Origin: Podarcis tiliguerta
Taxonomy: Eukaryota
Strand: one strand, 5' to 3'
Length of the DNA stretch: 64,000 bases
Assembly: GCA_965153285.1 (NCBI GenBank)
Contig: OZ229113.1
Part shown: piece after piece, positions 51,850-64,000 of the stretch
How the letters are laid out: the number at the start of each line of letters is the position of its first letter
How positions within the stretch are numbered: the stretch's first letter is position 1
Program-made: the position numbers and the translations under genes
The notes under the pieces: model-generated
What the model was told of the DNA's origin: nothing
Seen by the model: only the letters and a program-made list of their open reading frames with translations
Database searches by the model: none

Positions 51850-53695
51850 TGACCCAACACTGAAAAGCTGCCCCATCCCACTGTATCTTGCTGCCTCAGT
51901 GTATTGCCATATTTTGTGCAACACATAAAACAACCTTACCCCCCCTTTCTCAGTCACACCATCCCCCCCCCTGAATGTTAGGCATCCGCATCCCAACATA
52001 GAATGTGCCACAGCTTCTGAGCACAAGAGACTGACAGCAGGAGGAGAGAGCAGGGAAGTTTGTGACACTAAGATTCACTATTGCTGGTGCACAGATCGTG
52101 CTAACCTGTGGTCCAAAACAGTTTGTTTGTTTTTGTTTGTTTGTTTGTTTACTAATTCAATTCACGTCTTGCCTTTCCTAAGAGGCCCAGGGCAGCAACC
52201 AGATAGCAAGGCAGCAACCACATTTAATCCAGAAGTCATATGACCATTCTGTTTATTAATTTATTAATATTGATTAAAGTTGTGTAAAATTTCCATATGG
52301 GTAAGAACACCTGTTTTAAAGCATGAAGCATATTTTGGTTCTAGGTTAGCAAGCATTATAGCAAGCATTATTTTAGAAGAGGCATTCTCTCTATGTGTTG
52401 CTTTCATATTAGTACATGTGTTAGAAATGATAGCTTGGTAGATATAAATATTACAATGACAATGGAAATTTGAAACTCACATAGCAGACAGTAATGAGAG
52501 AATCAAACAGCACTTCATATAAGTTTGTTCTGGGTCCTGGTAGGATATATGTTGCATGTGTGTGTGTTTAAATCTAGCAGCCCTAGTAGATAGTGTATTA
52601 AATTTGGACTTGGAAAACGGGTTTTTCTCCCACTCGGCCTTAAAGCTAATTAGGTTGGCATTGGCATCACTATTGTTCAGCTTAAACTTATTCAGGTGCC
52701 TGCATAGCCTCCAACACACCAAAGATGAAAATCAAATGTGCGTCTTTTGTATTAAAAAAATGGGCATCTTTCAGAGCGACATTCTTGTGGGAGCCAAAAC
52801 AGGACATTTCAGGATCCAATCAGAATCTGGGAAGGCAACTGTCATTCTAGGATGTCCTGACAGTTGAGGAGTATGTGCCTGTAGTCGGGATAGAATTTCA
52901 CAACCCCTTTGTTGGAGGAAGGGCATGATATAAAAGGGATAAATAAATATGATATGTGTCTGGATTCTTTTTTCCTTCCTTCGCAACTAGTGTTTATATA
53001 CCAATATTTTTCATGAACAATTCAGATATTTTCATAAGTCCCCCACCCCGGTAATTTGACCATTTTTCAGTCATTGATTTGTCAAAATAACTGTTAACAG
53101 GCATGAGAGGATCAGTCTATTTCTGTCACTTCCATGTAGGGCTGTGCAGCCGTCACAAGATTTGTCTTGTGTCTGTAACATTAGGAAGCGCTTTCTGGTG
53201 GTAAGAGCTGTTTGAAAGCGTTAGGGGAAAGTACAATTGGGAAAGAAGCAGACCCCCCAATCGTCTGCTGATGCTCCAGTCTCACAGTCAAATCTCAGAG
53301 GAGAAGGCTGACCCACATGTTTACTTCAAAAACCCTCCCTCAAATCCCTGATATTGGAGTGCACTGGGAAAAATAATTTGCTCCTGTTTAAAGCTACAGT
53401 TGTCCATTGGGGTGGGAAAGCCTAAATTTCCCCACCCCTTTCTCTCTCAAGCTCAGTGCATTTTCTTATTCATCCTGGGGCTGCTTCCCAGAAAGGAAAT
53501 TGTAGGGGGAAATGGTCATGAATTTAAAATAATGGAAAACTGAGGCAACAGGAGGTCAGGCACTCCCTTATCTACCTTGACATGCCTTCTTATGTGCGTG
53601 ATTGGACTCAGGTACATGAAAAACTGCCCTGATTCATCTCATTACATCCCCACATTCTTTTATGTTTACCCATAAATTGTGTCCTCCAAATCATG

Positions 53696-54455
53696 GAGAG
53701 CCACGTGTTGCGGTGAGGTCACCAAACTGCCTTTTTATTGCTGGGGTGGGTCCGCTTGGTTGACCTCCGCACCTCATTGGTTGCCCCTTTGTTGCTGGGG
53801 CAAATTTCTGTCGGTTGGGGTTTGATTGGCAACTAAGGGGCCATTTAAGGAGCTGCACGAGGCGAAGTACTTTCTCTTTCGCATCGTGCAGCGGATCTCC
53901 CTCCCTCCCTATAATTTAAGGTTGTATTTTTGACCTTGCTATGCCGGTCTAGGAGTCGTCTGTTTTTGGAGCAGGGGCCCGGTAGGAATTTTGCCACTTG
54001 GCTGATTGGCTGGTGCCCCTTGGTTTCTGCCTACCGTGTAGCAAAATGTCACAACTTTGTAAGGTTGGCAGTTAGGCATTTGGAGGGGACGTGGTTGGCT
54101 GTGCCTGCCCTTCCATTGCTGCTGCTAGGGAATTCTGTTAAAGGAATCCAGGGGCTTGATTTGCTTTGTCCGATCCCCTCAGGGATAGGGCCATGCCAGA
54201 GTTCCTGGGAGCATCTGGGGTGAACTAAGAGGCAGAAATCCACCTCTGTGCTCCCCCAGTATGTTTTCCCTTACTGACCTCTGGAGGTTCCAGCTGTCAG
54301 TCCTGTTCCTGCTGGTGAAGGTTCAGGTAGTCCGAACCAATGCCTAAGCAACCATTCACCTGCTGTAATCAATAAAGTTGTGGCCAAATTAATGCCAAAA
54401 ATCTTAAACAAATATTTTGTGTCCTGTGTGATTTATTTTGGAGGGGGTTTGGGGG
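53696..54455 (+). mobile_element. LTR-like non-coding element, copy 3 (3' terminus eroded)
   Basis: GAGAGCCACGTGTTGCG start, GATTGG boxes, CCATTTAAGG, and AATAAAGTTGTGGCC at 54371. Confidence 0.78.
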
Positions 54456-54582
54456 TAAATGCATTCTGCCCCGTTTTCTACCATTTTGTTTAATCCACAT
54501 TAAAATACATATTTTTAAAAAATCTATTTTCTCCGTGCATGCATGCATGTGTGTAGAAATGTATACAGTATATAAAAAATTT

Positions 54583-54634
54583 GTCCAGTGGCACCTTAGA
54601 GAACAACTAAGTTTGTTCTTGGTATGAGCTTTCG
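54583..54634 (-). mobile_element. Penelope-like element terminal remnant containing part of a minimal hammerhead
   Basis: GTCCAGTGGCACCTTAGAGAACAACTAAGTTTGTTCTTGGTATGAGCTTTCG resembles squamate Penelope pseudo-LTR ends. The minus strand carries CGAAAGC. Confidence 0.7.
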
Positions 54635-55477
54635 CACGTGTGTGTGTGTGCGTGTATAATGGATTTTGATACTTTTTTTAAGATGAAGCTGCCACAGAAC
54701 GTTCAAGAAGTGTGAAAGCTGATGGTGAAGTTCTCATTCAGTTTGGACAAGATTTGCAAAGATTCAATACTGCAAGCATGTATGGCTCTTGCAGGATAGC
54801 CTCTTGAACTCCAAAGGTATCATGGAAGGTAGAAGAACAGGCTTTCAGGGATGAACTCCCCGACTGCCCCAGTCTCCCCCCCCCCCGCCATTTATTTATT
54901 TTTTGAGCCTTTCACCATTGAAATGAGTTTTAGGGAGTGGATTGCTTCATTTATGCAGAACCAATTTCCAAGGCCCTTTCATTGGCAAAAAAGACTTGGT
55001 CCCCAACACTAATAGAATAAGGGAATTAATGGAGAAGTAGTTTTGGAGACTCCTTTTTTTGCATTATATAATCTGCTCATTGAGGGCACAGAGAGCGAGT
55101 ATAGATTTAGAACAAATTAGGGGCAGCAGGAGAATTACAAACAACCCCCGATTTGTGCAGGCATTGCATTCCTGGCATTGCTTGTATGAATTGTGTGCAA
55201 CTGAAATACCACATTCCACCCTGCCCTACCCCACCCCCATTGTTCCACACTTTTAGTGACATATTTTAAGTCATTTCCAGGTCTCTTCTGGGTTCAGTAT
55301 TGTGTGCACAATCGCACCCATATTGGTTGTGCTTAAAACAGGGGTTGCTTGCACAACAGGGTTTACTTATATAAATACTGTGAATTAGTCTTGTGGATTT
55401 TCTATCCTGATTGTCAAGACCAAAAAGAGAATTCCAGGATGTTTCAAGCATAATGAATTGTGTGTAAAACTGGCAAA

Positions 55478-55524
55478 GGTTCTTGTGGTACCTTAGAGAC
55501 AAATACATGCATTACAGCAGAAGC

Positions 55525-55565
<41 letters not shown>
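55478..55565 (-). mobile_element. Older Penelope-like terminal remnant followed by (TTA)n
   Basis: TCTTGTGGTACCTTAGAGAC...AAGCTT is similar to 54583-54634. Confidence 0.5.
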
Positions 55566-55965
55566 TGATAGGCACATGATCTCAGTTGACAGGCATAATA
55601 GAGAAAATTGTACAAGGGAAGTTGAATGGCAATGAGATGCAAAAGCTACATTCAGTGGTAATTAAAGCTCAAATGTACTCTAAAGAGGTGCACACGTTTT
55701 ACAGGACCAGATTGGTGATAATTTACTCTACATTGGTGAGATGATTACATTAACAACTGTAGTGAGGCAGGAAACCAATCACCAGAAGCAGTCATCTACA
55801 ACACACTTAGCTTAGCATTGGAGAGCTAATTAACACACCTAGCAAGATAAAAAATCCTCTGCCATGATTTAACCCACACTGTTATTGCATCTCAAGGAGG
55901 TATCTTGGGTCACCTACAAATCATTATATCTCTCTAGGGAAATTTACACTTAACCCACACCTGTC

Positions 55966-56040
55966 TGCTATGCTATGCTATGCTATGCTATGCTATGCTA
56001 TGCTATGCTATGCTATGCTATGCTGTGCTGTGCTGTGCTA
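55966..56040. repeat. (TGCTA)n microsatellite grading into (TGCTG)n
   Basis: Read directly. Confidence 0.98.
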
Positions 56041-57080
56041 AGATGGGTAAAATATTATCTTTATGAGGTCTGTGAATGTGCACAACTTGTGCACAACTGG
56101 GAGCTTTTGTTTTTCTTCAAACCACATTGAGCAATTTCAGCAGATTCAGGAGACTATTCCATAAACATCTAGAGGGCAGAGCTATGCTAAAAATGGATGG
56201 CTACTGAGCTAGCTAACTGCCTTGCACTGCATATGTAATACGCTATAGAAATTTACACTTCTTTGTTTTACTGCTGGTGAGTTGCATGGAGGCGGGGTGG
56301 GTGGGTGGGAGAAAAGCAAGGGTGTGATCCATCTGTTTATGCCAAAGTCTAATGTGCATTGCACATAAGTTATTGAGCCAGGCGCTTGAAGCACTAGCTA
56401 CGGAAGCAACTTAGTTTGTTCATGCACAATTTAACAATTAGCTATCAGGGGACCCGAGGAGGCTAGAGTGGCATGCTGGCAATGACAAAGAGAAGTAATT
56501 GTTTTACATTCAGTAACTTCAGGGAGAACTGCAGCCGAACTGATTGCTTTGAACATTTCAAATCTAATTAAAGGACAGACTGTGGCTGGCCCCTGACTGA
56601 GTGCAGTAAGATGGAGGTGGTCAGGGAAGGGAATGAGTTTACTTTCACTGCTCATCTATTCAAATATGTTTTGTCAGAGGATGCAGTGATTATTAGTGAC
56701 TTCCTACTCTCAAAGCTTTTTTTAAAAAAAGTGCAATTGCTGCAGCAAATAAATATCTATAACAGGTAGCAGATATTTGCATAATATTATTGGATGTGGT
56801 GCTGTCATAATTGTGCAGCTGTCGAACAAACTGCGCCAATTGCCCATGCAGTGCTCAAGAAAGTTTCAGGGCTTGCATTAATATATATATTGTTTGTGTT
56901 TTTGAATGGGTGAACATGATGTACAATGGGGAGAGATGTTTAGATCTGTTCTTTGTGCTTGCAATGTGCACAGCCACCCCCTTCATTTCAGGAATTATAA
57001 TGGTGCAGTGGGAGCAAATGCATCTGGGGCCATGACTGTAAGGGAGCCAAAACTCAGAGCTTTCATTTTAAAATAATACG

Positions 57081-57117
57081 AAGAAGAAAAAGAAGAAGAA
57101 GAAGAAGAAGAAGAAGA
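57081..57117. repeat. (GAA)n microsatellite
   Basis: Read directly. Confidence 0.97.
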
Positions 57118-58605
57118 CGACTTTAGCCCTTCTGGAAGGAAAGTTATGAAGCAAACTGTGCAGGCAACATTCTAAATTGATTTCTGTGAAATCATTCAGT
57201 GGCTGCTCCCACATTTTAGCTGTGATTGTCAGAGCTGTGGTTGGTGAATGAGGGGTCTGGGCACCAGGCTAATGGAGTCCTTGGGGTTCTAAAGAGCTGC
57301 TGCTTCCCCTTCCCCTCCAATGCATTCTTTGGCTTCTATCTCCTTTTCTAGTCCTTTGAATCTCCATAGTTTCTCTTCCTTATCCCCTAGCAACCAAGAC
57401 ACATCATTCCTGTGGTGGGTTCATCTGAGATCAGGTACTCCCTGGAAGTTATTTTCCGCAAATACTACCACACAACAAATGGCAAATGCAGAATGTGAAA
57501 ACTTTACAAAAAGGCTAAGTCAAATTTCCTGTTGTGCAGTAGCTGAAGACCAAGCACTCATTAAGAAGTCACTCTATAATTAACTTACATGTGTTAATGA
57601 GACACACTACCAACATCCATTTGTCAACATGGATATAACTTTAATACCAGCTCTTGTACTAATTAAGTACTGCTTGAACCAGTCCAAACTCTGCTCGGGA
57701 AATTATATAAATTAAGTAGTTCTTTTAGCTAATTAATGAAATTGGCAATGGTGTGGCCTAATTCATAAAATTAACATACTGTATCTTCAGATCATGCCAC
57801 ATCATCAGAGGAAGATGATAACTTTGAAAAGAGGGGGGCAAGGTACTGGTTTAAAACGATTGGGCTGTGTGGTATAGGTACCGAAAATAATAAAACAACA
57901 AATACAACAAAGATAGAATAAACACATTCTAAAAAAGTATGATTGCTTTTCCTTCAGTTCTTGGTGCCAACTGTGCAAATCAAGCAAGTGACAGAAAGAA
58001 ACATTTGAAATCAAAATGTTTGTAAAGTGGTAGATCTTTTAGCAGCATCTTAACATGCATGTGGCAGAACGCTGAGAATCCTGAAGAAATAACACTCCCG
58101 GTGGAATGCGAAACTTTTTAATATTTCAAATATGGTTTTAGAGAAATAGATTAGAGCACTGTCATAGACTAGCACATGTCAAAACGCTTGATAAACCCAT
58201 TGTGATTATAGAAACTAGGACTTGTTGAATCCATTAACATATTTGTCATCACTAAACGGACTCCTTCTTTCAGCATTGCAGAGATAGGGGGCCAATATGC
58301 TTAGGAAGCATTATCTCACCACTGACTAGTCTTCATTTATCCCCAGTGACTTCAGGTCACAGCTCAATAGAGCACATGGTGTTGTGACATCATGCTCACT
58401 ATGTGATAGGTTGGGATATCTCTAGGACCCTACCCTGGGTGAGAGGTGCTGAGCCATTTAAACAATGATGGCGGCGGAGCGTGTGTGTCCAACACCTGGA
58501 CATTTAAGAGTTTCATTAGAAAATGTTTCTACCCCTCCCCAAAATCATTACTTTGACCTGAAAGCTGAAATGCACCAACATTCAGTGCAGTCCTGGACGA
58601 AACCA

Positions 58606-58781
58606 TGTTGTTGTTTAGTCGTTTACTCGTGTCCAACTCTTCATGACCCCATGGACCAGAGCACCCCAGGCACTCCTGTCTTCCACTGCCTCCCGCAATT
58701 TGGTCAAACTCATGTTAGTAGCTTTGAGAACACTGTCCAACCATCTCGTTGTGTCATCTGCATATCTGAGGTTGTTGATAT
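58606..58781 (-). mobile_element. Bov-B 3' fragment with an internal deletion
   Basis: Reverse complement of the 3' end at 28725-28870, fused to a segment encoding INNLRYADDT (58751-58781). Confidence 0.9.
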
Positions 58782-58845
58782 CATAGTATGTAGCAAAGTT
58801 TCAAACTGACCATTAAAGGAACTTATTAAAAGAACTTCAACAAGA

Positions 58846-59125
58846 GAGCCAGTGTGGTGTAGTGGTTAAGAGCAGTAGTCTTGTAATCTGGGGAACCGGG
58901 TTCGCGTCTCTGCTCCTCCACATGCAGCTGCTGGGTGACCTTGGGCTAGTCACACTTTTTTGAAGTCTCTCAGCCCCACTCACCTCACAGAGTGTTTGTT
59001 GTGGGGGAGGAAGGGAAAGGAGAATGTTAGCCGCTTTGAGACTCCTTAAAGGGAGTGAAAGGCGGGATATCAAATCCAAACTACTCCTCCTCCTCTTCTT
59101 CTTCTTCTTCTTCTTCTTCTTCTTC
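58846..59125 (+). mobile_element. Squam3-like SINE with a (CTT)n tail
   Basis: Full length. ACAAGA flanks both ends (58840-58845 and 59126-59131). Confidence 0.93.
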
Positions 59126-60394
59126 ACAAGATTTTTTAAAATAATAATAATTATGTTTTGTTTATGTTTAGGTCCTGCTATCTGAACTCATAGCATTCGC
59201 TGGAAATCATCCATTAGACAAGTGTTTGCATAACAAGCCAACCATTTCCATTGATTCCTATGGGGAAAATTCTACTGTGTTCCCAACCATGTAGTTTTGA
59301 CTTCCAAAAGCAAAAAACAAAAAACTCTCTGAAACATTACTAAAGCACAGATTATTACAGCTGAGTTCTGTTCTTCAGTCAACCAGCCAAAGAAAAGCAA
59401 AAAAGCAAAAAACAAAAACTATCTGTTCAGATATCTGTGGTGTGTATAACAAGGTTTGGGTGCTAATTCCTCTTGTTTGGATAAGTGAATTTTCCCATAG
59501 TGAATGTTGTTAAAGCGGGACATACTTGCACATATTCAGATCACAACAAAGATTATTCAAAATCCCAATTCTATGTCCAAAAAGATAGAATCATCCATTC
59601 AAGTGGGATCAGATTCCTTAGATCTCCTAGATCTTGCTCCCTGAAATTAATGGAACAAATGCATTTATTTATCTCATTTGTATCCTGTCATTCTCCTTAA
59701 GAACTCAGATTGTGTGCATTTGATCCCCACAAGATCCCTCTTGGTTGGTAGTCTGAGGTGTAGCAACTGCCCTCAAGATCACTCTTGAACACAGCATCTG
59801 CTACAGAACTCATTTCAAAGCCCTTGTATTCATGTTCTGAATTATTAAACTGTAGTTTATTCACAAGCTTTTAATATGCCAAATGTGCCTTCTAAATTGT
59901 CTTGACTAGCGTGGCCACAATGTATGACCTCACCAATCTTTCATCTTTTCTTCTCTGATCCCAAACAACAACTTACTAAACCAAGTTATTTGCAATATAA
60001 CAGAGAAGGCACCACAGCTTCAAAAAAATGTATGTATGTATCTGGACATTTCGAAGATCAGGATGCAACCCCTTTGAAGAAGAGTTCCTGTGTAAATATT
60101 TAACAGAAGGTTATGATTGCCGTCGCAATAAGTTTTAGAAAAGTGGTTAAGTAAATTACATTTGAATGTTTCTACATTTATCTTATTGTAAATGAATTAC
60201 AGCTGAGTTCATCTGAAGCTTCACAAACAGTTATTTTCTCTTTTCAGAATGCAAGAGAAAGACTGTTTCATATTATATGTCATTCTTGTTATGGCCCCAT
60301 CTGCAGTATACATTTCAAACAGTTTTGTACCATTTTAAGCAGTCATGGCACACCCCTAAAAAGAACCATGGGATCTGTTAAGAATGCTTGTTCA

Positions 60395-60674
60395 CAGTGG
60401 CGAAGCTTCATGCTCCGGCACCGGGGGTGGAGAGCAGGCAGAGGCGTGGCGCGCGCGCACCCTGGGGGCGTGGCGTGCCACCCACAGGGGCATGGTATGC
60501 GTCGCGGGGGCATGGTGCGCCACCCACAGGGGTGCGATGCATGTCCTGGGGGCGTGATGTGCCGCCTGTGGGGGCGTGGGGCCCAGGACGGAGCAGCAGC
60601 CATGATGGCTCCCCATTGGGATCGTGATGCCGGGGGCAGTGAGCTCCCCCCACCCCCCTCTTCCTCTGCCAGTG
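60395..60674. mobile_element. hAT MITE with GC-rich internal tandem repeats
   Basis: Termini CAGTGGC...GCCAGTG. Exact 8-bp TSD CTTGTTCA at 60387-60394 and 60675-60682. Confidence 0.9.
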
Positions 60675-61637
60675 CTTGTTCATTTGTTTGCTTTCACAAT
60701 CCTCTAGAGCAGCTTAACTTCCAGGGCATGAGGAAAGGGCAAATCCAAGGTGATGGTCAGAACACATTCAGCGCCAGAGTATTTGGGGGGGGGGGAGATT
60801 TTTTAAAAGTAACATGGGCTCAGAGCAGGCATTGAAACTGTCCAGGTTCTTAGGCCCTGAACACTCACCATGGTGTTGCTATGCCTGGTGACAACTCTAT
60901 TTCATTCTTTCATTCTCCTCCTCAATGGTAAAACTTTTCCTTTCACTACCCAAACAATTGTACCATTGAAAATCAGCTCGAATCCCTTTTACATTGCTTT
61001 GCATTCATATTTAGGCAAAAGGCCCCTATGTAAATTCCTCTTGCTGCCTGCTGCACGGTACAACAAGCAGCCTCAAGTTGAAGCCTTCTTCGCAAACATC
61101 ATGCGCACACAGTGGTAAGCACATTTAAGGTAAGTGGAGTGCATTGTACCACTAACTCATTTGCAGTTGAGATTCTGCTGTGTGATCATAAATCTGGAAT
61201 AGGGGAGGGTGAGGCTTCAAGGAATTGGCTCTTTCCCCCCCCCCCCCCACCCCTGTTCATTTTACAGAAATACCTGTCCCATAATTTGTTCAAGTTATTT
61301 TTTAAGGATGGGCAATCACTGCGTATATGGAAACCTGTGGCTATGATTCTTTGAAGCCTTAAAAAATAATAATGCAATTGCCTTGTTACTATTTCAGGTT
61401 AGCGTCTCCTGTAGTAGAGGAGCCGTGGAGTTGCCATCCATTAGTCACCTTTCTTGCTTTTAGGCAGTTGTTTTGTGCACACCTCTAAGCATCCCGCTTC
61501 CATTAACCCAGCTCAGCCTTTCCCACTTCTCATGAACTAATTTCCCCTCTCAGCCCTCTTACAAGAGTGACCGCATCCTGACACCATTGTCCAACTGCAT
61601 TGCAAAGCCTTATTTCAAAAACAAAACAAAGGGTATC

Positions 61638-62181
61638 TGTCAAGGACAGGCAGGGCTCAGCGGAGTAGTTGGAAGAGGTAGCAGGACCAGAGGCTTATGG
61701 GGGGGTTGAAGGGGGATAGTGATTTATGGTGTTTTGTGCCTCTTGTGATGCAAAACCCAGATCTGGAGGATGGAGAGGGGTCTGAGCAGTCAAGAGATGG
61801 AGAAGGACGTGCCAGGAAGTGAGGGAAAGGTGGTGCCTGAAAGGATGGGGGGGGGGTTTCGGCAGAATCCCTACCGTCCCTCTTGCTGACCCCCAGGACC
61901 AGGATCTGCTTAAAGAGTAGGCAACAGCAACAACTTCAGTGTAGAAGTTGCAGGTTCAAGGTTACTTAGGTTTGAGTGGCCAGATAGTTGAGCCAACAAT
62001 CCAGCTCAGAGCACAAGCTGGGGAAGGTACCAATGACTTAGCCACCAGAAGTGTGTGTGTGTGTGTGTGCGCGCGCGCACATGTTTAGTTCACCTTAGCA
62101 GCTACTCTAAGTTCATGCTTTATCAACAAAGAATTAAACTACCAGCCGTTTATCTTACTCGGGGTGGTTTTGCTCAGGACA
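61638..62181 (+). mobile_element. Solo LTR (Gypsy-like)
   Basis: TGTC...GACA termini, 5-bp TSD GTATC/GTATG, and ATTAAA near the 3' end. Confidence 0.75.
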
Positions 62182-62471
62182 GTATGGTTCAAATACAAGT
62201 TCAAGGGAAATCAGCACAGCTGATCCAACACAGCACAACACAGATCCAAAGAAAGTTCACTATTCATTAGCAACAAAGGGGACAGCATTATACAAAGGGG
62301 ATAGAGCCATTCCATGTTTACGAAATACTGTCCAACTGTAAAATAGCCCAAAAGCATTATCTGACCAAACCACTGATTTCAATGGAAAAGGTTTCCACAT
62401 GTGCCAAACTTTTCCACTGAAATCATTAAGATATAAAAAATGCTGAACACTCCCTTGACTGTGTCCAAATA

Positions 62472-62842
62472 TAGTGGTGCCCCACAAGACGAATGCCTCG
62501 CAAGACGGAAAACCCGCAAGACGAAAGGGTTTTCCGTTTGCAGAGGCGCTTCGCAAGACGAATTTCCCTATGGGCTTGCTTTGCAAGACAAAAATTGACG
62601 AAATTTTTTTTGGGGGGGGGGGTTTCGCTCCAAAACCCCTTTTTCTGAAGCGCTAAGCTGCTAAAAGCATTTTAGCAGCAAAACCGCTAATCCCTTAAGC
62701 CTTAAAAAGCCATTTTTAGCCCTTAAACTGCCAATAGTGCTAATAGCGCTACTCCGCTAATGGGCTTGCTTTGCAAGACGAAAAAACCGCAAGACGAAAA
62801 GACTCGCGGAACAGATTCTTTTCGTCTTGCGAGGCACCACTG
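62472..62842. mobile_element. Tc1/mariner (Tigger-like) MITE, second family
   Basis: TIR (C/T)AGTGGTGCC..CAAGACGAA / TTCGTCTTGCGAGGCACCACTG, TA TSD, and repeated CGCAAGACG. Confidence 0.92.
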
Positions 62843-63167
62843 TATGTGTGCCTGAAAATAAGCACAGGCAGTCAGATACATAATGCCATCATTATTCTAA
62901 AAAAATCATATACTTTCCCCCGAAAAATCAGACTTTCTCCTGAAAAATTCTAGTTTCTACTGTTTTATGGTATTATTTTTACACTTATCCCTTTATTTTC
63001 AGTTGTGGATTCAGTGTTGCCTGCTCCATGTTGTACCGTTCTTGTTTAAAAGTCACCTTTTTGTTTCTACCATAGGATGTACACATTTCTTTCAAAACTC
63101 TATTCTAGGTTAACAACTTTTTCTGACAATTCAAATTGCATCCTATAAGAAAATCATCCTGTAAGAA

Positions 63168-64000
63168 AATATACAGATGACACAACTTTGATGGCAGAAA
63201 GTGAGGAGGAATTAAAGAACCTCTTAATGAGGGTGAAAGAGGAGAGCGAAAAATATGCTCTGAAGCTCAACATAAAAACAAAAACAAAAAAAACTAAGAT
63301 CATGGCCACTGGTCCCATCACCTCCTGGAAAATAGAAGGGGAAGAAATGGAGGCAGCCACAAAATTAAAAGACGCCTGCTTCTTGGGAGAAAAGTGATGA
63401 CAAACCTAGACAGCATCTTAAAAAGCAGAGACATCACCTTGCCAACAAAGGTCTGTATAGTTAAAGCTATGGTTTTCCCATAGGGAAAACATGGGGACGC
63501 GGGTGGCGCTGTGGGTAAAACCTCAGTGCCTAGGACTTGCTGATCGTAAGGTCGGCGGTTCGAATCCCCGCAGCAGGGTGAGCTCCTGCCGTTCGGTCCC
63601 AGCTCCTGCCCACCTAGCAGTTCGAAAGCACCCCTAAGTGCAAGTACATAAATAGGTACCGGTTTATAGCGGGAAGGTAAACGGTGCAAGTAGATAAATA
63701 GGTACCGCTTTATAGCAGGAAGGTAAACGGCGTTTCTGTGTGCAGCGCTGGTGCTGGCTCGCCAGCTGCAGCTTTGTCACGCTGGCCACGTGACCCGGAA
63801 GTGTCCTCGGACGGCGCCGGCTCCCGGCCTCTTGAGCAAGATGACACGACTGGCCCGTACGGGCAGGGGTACCTTTACCTTTACCTTTTTATGGTTTTCC
63901 CAGTAGTGATGTATAGAAATGACAGCTGGACCACAAAGAAGGCTGATCGGTGAAGAATTGATGCTTTTGAATTCTGGTGCTGGAGGAGACTCTTGAGAGT
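63168..64000 (+). mobile_element. Bov-B LINE fragment (RT region), interrupted by a Sauria SINE and running off the right edge
   Basis: Translates as YTDDTTLMAESEEELKNLLMRVKEES. After the SINE it resumes as MVFPVVMY..SWTTKKADR. Confidence 0.95.
63494..63889 (+). mobile_element. Sauria SINE (subfamily A) with a 46-bp internal duplication
   Basis: 13-bp TSD TATGGTTTTCCCA at 63468-63480 and 63890-63902, and an (ACCTTT)n tail. Confidence 0.97.

Noticed and set aside
60343-60835. Several overlapping GC-rich ORFs, also at 6336-7340 and 14896-15338
   Set aside because: They arise from stop-poor GC-rich MITE interiors.
61015-61134. Two GTAAG donors after an open frame
   Set aside because: The acceptor is weak and no frame gives a recognisable peptide.

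Overview
This is vertebrate genomic DNA, almost certainly from a squamate and most likely a lacertid lizard. The evidence is the repeat content: Sauria SINEs, Bov-B, POM/Squam2-like and Squam3-like SINEs, CR1, L1 and Penelope remnants. I recognise no host protein-coding exon, so the window looks like a large intron or gene desert. It is densely packed with transposable elements, several nested and with readable target-site duplications (TSDs), between repeat-free, TAAT-rich blocks that resemble conserved non-coding enhancers. The only convincing ORFs are retrotransposon fragments (CR1, Bov-B, L1). There is one 159-nt assembly gap. The most interesting signal is a ~750-bp non-coding LTR-like element present three times (15450-16205 +, 50444-51219 -, 53696-54455 +). 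It lacks TG..CA ends and a TSD, so it may be DIRS/Ngaro-type. The copies are strongly diverged in sequence but keep a covarying secondary structure. That structure includes a stem / U-rich internal loop / stem module ~330-350 nt upstream of AATAAA, which matches the architecture of ENE poly(A)-clamping triple-helix elements. Family names come from recognising sequence hallmarks, not from database searches.
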